Below are positions 1 through 46,612 of a stretch of DNA of 46,612 nt, one piece after another (the stretch's first letter is position 1; the number at the start of each line of letters is the position of its first letter). The notes under the pieces were generated by a model, which saw only the letters and a list, made by a program, of their open reading frames with translations, was not told where the DNA came from and made no database searches. The stretch is from Vicugna vicugna (Eukaryota), in NCBI GenBank assembly GCA_013265495.1, contig MU057744.1, forward strand, positions 1,949,524 to 1,996,135. The letters run 5' to 3'. Both the position numbers and the translations under genes were made by a program.

Positions 1-1942
1 GAGGTTGCTGGGACCTTAGATCCTGTTCCACAAGCTGCTGTGGCAGACCTTTGAGCTGGTCTGTCTTCTTTGGGAGCGTAAATGGCAAAGAGTTTTGGTT
101 TTTGTTTCTCCTCAAAGCTATGTGGCATACTGCCCTCTTGCATCTTCTTTGGGTTTCCTGATGGCTACCTTTACATGCTCTACTGAGCCAGCAGAGCTGC
201 TCTTTCTAACTCCCTTGCCTCTCTAGGTGATGAAAATAATGGTGCAGTTCCTTAAGCCAGTAATCTCTCACCATTGTTTTACTGGAACACTCTTTACAAA
301 GGGAGTGGGTTAAGCTGGGAAATAAAAGTTCCACCAGTAGCTCTGAAAATGGGAGGAAAGTGAAAGATTGTTGGGTCTAAAAGGAAGAATCAAATGTTGC
401 TCACCAATTTTCAACAACACCTGAAGAGCAGGCGCAAGGGGCTCCTTTCAGTTTTCTTGAGGCCGTGTTGTAATGACAATATGGTTTTGTGTGTCCGTGT
501 GATTTTGTTTTCGTTTTGTTTTTGACTTCACAGGAAGAGGTTTAAACATGAAGGCAAACCTTTTAGATGTTAGCATGGCTACATATAAAGCAAAGCTGCC
601 TTTTTTTTTTTTTTCTTTTCTCTGCATCCATTTAGGCCTATCACATAATTTAAGAAAAAATAAAAATTTAACCGCAGGAGCTCTAACTATAGTGTGAAAA
701 AAACCCTGATCAATTTTGTTTTCGCAGCACGATATTATCAAAGATTTAAGAGACAAATTTGCCAGCCTCGGCGAGAACTCTCTGGTAACAGCATAAATGT
801 CTGTGTTGGTTGCTTTTGATTTAAAGGTTTCTTTTTTTTTTTTTCATTTGTTTGAGCCCATTTCTTTTCCCCCTCTTTTTAGTTTCCTTTATTTTTCATA
901 TTCTGTAACTAGCAAGCCTTCATTTTTTAAACCTCTTCCATCTTCCAGTGTCTATTTTCCGTACTTTGGATGGAAAGTTTACGGCAGCAAAGCTGTCACC
1001 CTGGCTACTTCTGCTGCAGCTCTTCCTGCTCTTAGGTCATACCTGTTTGGCCGTTGTGTTTATGGACATGATACTACTTGACTGTTTCATGTCCCGTTGA
1101 CTCAGCTTCTCTCCACGCCATTGGATGGACTCGCTGTCCTCGGGCTCTATGCAACTTCCATTCTGCAACTTATACTGCTTGGTTCCGTCTAATTCCAGCG
1201 AACTGGGTAGCTCAAGTGAATGATCCTACCAGTCCTGAACTTGCTGTGCCTTTATATTTTACTTCTATTCCCGTCTGTGCTTTCAGTGGTAGTTCAAGTG
1301 GAAAAGAGCAGTCCAGCCGCCGCTCTGGCAGTGCCATGCAGTATCGTTTGTTACCACCGGAGAATACAAAATATAAAGGCACACTGCTTCTTTTACCCTC
1401 GGGGGGCGGGACTGGGGGGGGTGCGGTAAGTCCACCACTTAGCTGAAGCCTGCCCTTCTCTGCCTATCAGCTTTCAATTTTGCTTATACTCCAACACGTC
1501 TCAGTTACTGTTTCTCTGTCATTCCGTGATAACCTCCTACTCGAGCCATTTGCTGAGCAGTATCAAGTTATGGCCATGACTTGGGAGATGACTAAAAACG
1601 TACAAACTTATGCACAAACGCATAATTCAGAAAGTGGAAGTTTCGATGATGAAGTACAGTCCTTCAAAACTCTGATACAGGCTTTGGACTAATCAAATAA
1701 TTACAATTGAGAAAATTCATCCTGATCAACCAGTACCAAAAGCATATCATGAGAAATATAAAGGGGAAAAAAAACCCCAAGAGTTGAATCCGTTACCACC
1801 TGCTGAGTAACATTGTTGGTGTTGAAATGGTCCATAATGTTGTCATAGAGCCCATACATGAAGAGATGACTGAAAAATACGGTTTATAAAGCCGCTCTGC
1901 TTAATGACAGCCGCAACATAAACGGTTGGGATTTGTGTTCAG

Positions 1943-44589
<42,647 letters not shown>

Positions 44590-45256
44590 GTAAGGTCATG
44601 CACTTGGGTCTCACATGAATTAAAGAAGCCCCCTGCTTCTTCAGTCCACGTAACTGTGTAGTGGTTCTTCAGCCGTGCAAAACAGAAAGCCATGTGCGCG
44701 GCAGACAGCGGTGTGGCTTTTTAAAGAATAGACGGGTTTCCTTTCTCGTGGGACATGAAGGACTGTTTTTGCCGGTTTTGCTCGTCTGCTGCGTCCGCCT
44801 GACGGTGGAAGCCCCGAGTGGAGTACTTAGCCCCGAAGGGCTAGTGGCGACACCTGAGGCCGTGGTCCGTGCGTCCCAGGACGGCAGCTGAAGCTGCTTC
44901 CTTGCAGAGCATGCCGGAGGCTTAGGTGTTTGTTCTCCTTCGTGACTTTACCTGAAAGTACGAAAATCCAAAAATACCTCATTTACATTGAGTATCCTGG
45001 CTTGGATTACCCTTGTTTGCTACCCTAGTCTTGGTTTTAAAACCAACAGGTGTTGCTTTATCACCATTCTGCAACTGCATCTCTGATATTGGCCAGTCAG
45101 AAATGATCGTACCTGAGACCCCGGAGGGGGGCGTTAGACGGAATGTTTAGTATCTAGCTGGGAAAGAGAAGACTCCTTCAGTGAGCTCCACATTGAGGTG
45201 CCCACACCGCTGAGGCGTCAGTAACAGAGGCTGACGTCATGCTAACGTTGTTCTGG

Positions 45257-45669
45257 ACACTCAGCCATAGAACAGAACGGAATAATACCGTCTGTAGCAA
45301 CGTGGATGGACCCAGAGATGATCGTACTGAGTGCAGTAAGCCAGACAGAGGGAGACAGACATCATACATGGAACCTAAAATATGACACAAATGAACTTAT
45401 TTACAAAGCAGAAAAAGACTCAAAGTGGAAAGTGGAGGGGGGATAAATTGGGGTCTGGGATTAACAGATGCAAACTGCTATATATAAAGTAGATAAGCAG
45501 CACGGTCCTACTGTACAGCACAGGGAACTGCATTCAATACCTTGTAATAACCTTCAGTGGCAAAGAATATATACATAACTGAGTCACTGTGCTGCACACC
45601 TGAGACTAACACAAATTGTAAATCAACTATACTTCAGTTAAAAATAAATAAATAAGTAAATAAATAAAA
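45257..45669 (+). mobile_element. 5'-truncated L1 (ORF2 end + 3'UTR + A-rich tail), cetartiodactyl type
   Basis: actcagccatagaacagaacggaataataccgtctgtagcaacgtggatggacccagagatg...gtcctactgtacagcacagggaact...aaatcaactatacttcagttaaaaataaataaa. Confidence 0.85.
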
Positions 45670-45734
45670 TTACTCTAGAAAAAATAAACATCTCGGAGGA
45701 GTAATGAGAAAGAGACACTAATATTAAAAAGACT

Positions 45735-46570
45735 AATGATTAAGACAGTTTTTGTACCAGAGAATGGCAGATCAGTAGAACAGATTAGAGTCCAGGAAGA
45801 AATTCAGATACGCATGGAAATTAAAGGTATGAAAAAAAACGGCTTTAAAAATCATAAAATGGAAAATAATTTGATAAATGGTATTAGTACCATGGACATG
45901 CTATTTGGGGGAAATTGATGAAAATGGATGCCAACCAAATTCTTCACATCAAAATAAATTCCAAATGAAACAAACATTTCAGTGCCAAAAAAAAAAAAAA
46001 AGGAAAAACAACAGTTAGAACAGAATTTAACTTTTGAAATAATAACAGTTTTTAAACGGGGGAGAGGTCTTCCTCTGTGTGACATAAAACCTAGGGTCCA
46101 GGCAAGCATAGAAAAGTACTTTAAAAAGGAAAGACTAACAGTGAGAAAACGTTAAAGGCAGGTGCCAAACTAGCAAAGATACACCGAGCACCGTGACACA
46201 GGACGAGGTCCCTTAATTTACAGGGCCTCTGTCGCATCAGAAGTAAACCAGTAGAAAAATAAGGACGTTGTATGAGTACACAGCTCACAGTAAAATAAAC
46301 TGAATCAGCTTATAGTGGAAAGATGCCTCGCCTCTTTCATAATTAAAGAAATGCAAATCAGAATCAGTTGCCACTTTTAACCTATCAGGTTTGCAAAATA
46401 TTCAAGTCTGTTAATACCCGGAGTTACTGAATTAATTGAAAAACTGGCACCTTCATGAACACTGTTGGGACTTTACGTTAACACAATGGTTTTAGAGAAA
46501 TTTTATGATAGCTGTCAAGTTTGTAAGAATATTTACTCTTTAACCTGTCAGTACCACTGCTAGTAATTGG
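45735..46570 (+). mobile_element. Older degenerate L1M ORF2 fragments
   Basis: attaagacagt..., gaacagattagagtccag, ataaatggt, aaaataaattccaaatg, cataattaaagaaatgcaaatc: A-rich, decayed L1 ORF2 motifs. Confidence 0.55.
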
Positions 46571-46612
46571 CCTGTTTGTTTTTTGGGTTTTGTTTTTTTT
46601 TTTTTAATGGCG

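Noticed and set aside
1631..1692. ORF segment ESGSFDDEVQSFK resembling RYR2 exon 80 (DDGEEEVKSFE)
   Set aside because: No good pyrimidine tract or in-phase acceptor, no donor after it, and it runs into a stop. Likely chance; the true exon 80 lies upstream of the window.
1..1942. Known 24-nt RYR2 alternative insert (VTGSQRSK) between exons 80 and 81
   Set aside because: I found no sequence encoding it here; it probably lies further upstream, outside the window.

Overview
Mammalian genomic DNA, probably a camelid: two tRNA-derived SINEs match my recollection of the camelid Vic-1 family. The window holds an internal 3' part of the cardiac ryanodine receptor gene RYR2 on the + strand. I mapped 20 consecutive GT-AG coding exons (1943-44589). 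They splice in frame to 3288 nt (1096 codons) and correspond to human exons 81-100, about aa 3716-4811 (numbering recalled from human): central/activation domain, EF-hand pair, divergent region 1, and TM segments through S5. The pore loop, S6 and C-terminus lie beyond the window. The introns carry a ~1.5 kb 37-bp minisatellite, two Vic-1-like SINEs, two solo ERV1-type LTRs, hAT/Tigger fossils, MIR/L2 and L1 fragments. The best non-obvious finding is an 18-nt frame-preserving microexon candidate at 10480-10497. It encodes VITHER at the position of the RYR1 ASII exon (VINRQN) and is absent from canonical RYR2 as I recall it. Other observations: further cassette-exon candidates in intron 80; a sharp kb-scale GC3 mosaic with GC-ward amino-acid changes (consistent with gBGC); a SINE inserted at the exon 90 branch region; exon junctions that reconstitute 5' splice sites; and an in-frame upstream acceptor for exon 92. 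Family and ortholog comparisons are from memory, not database searches.
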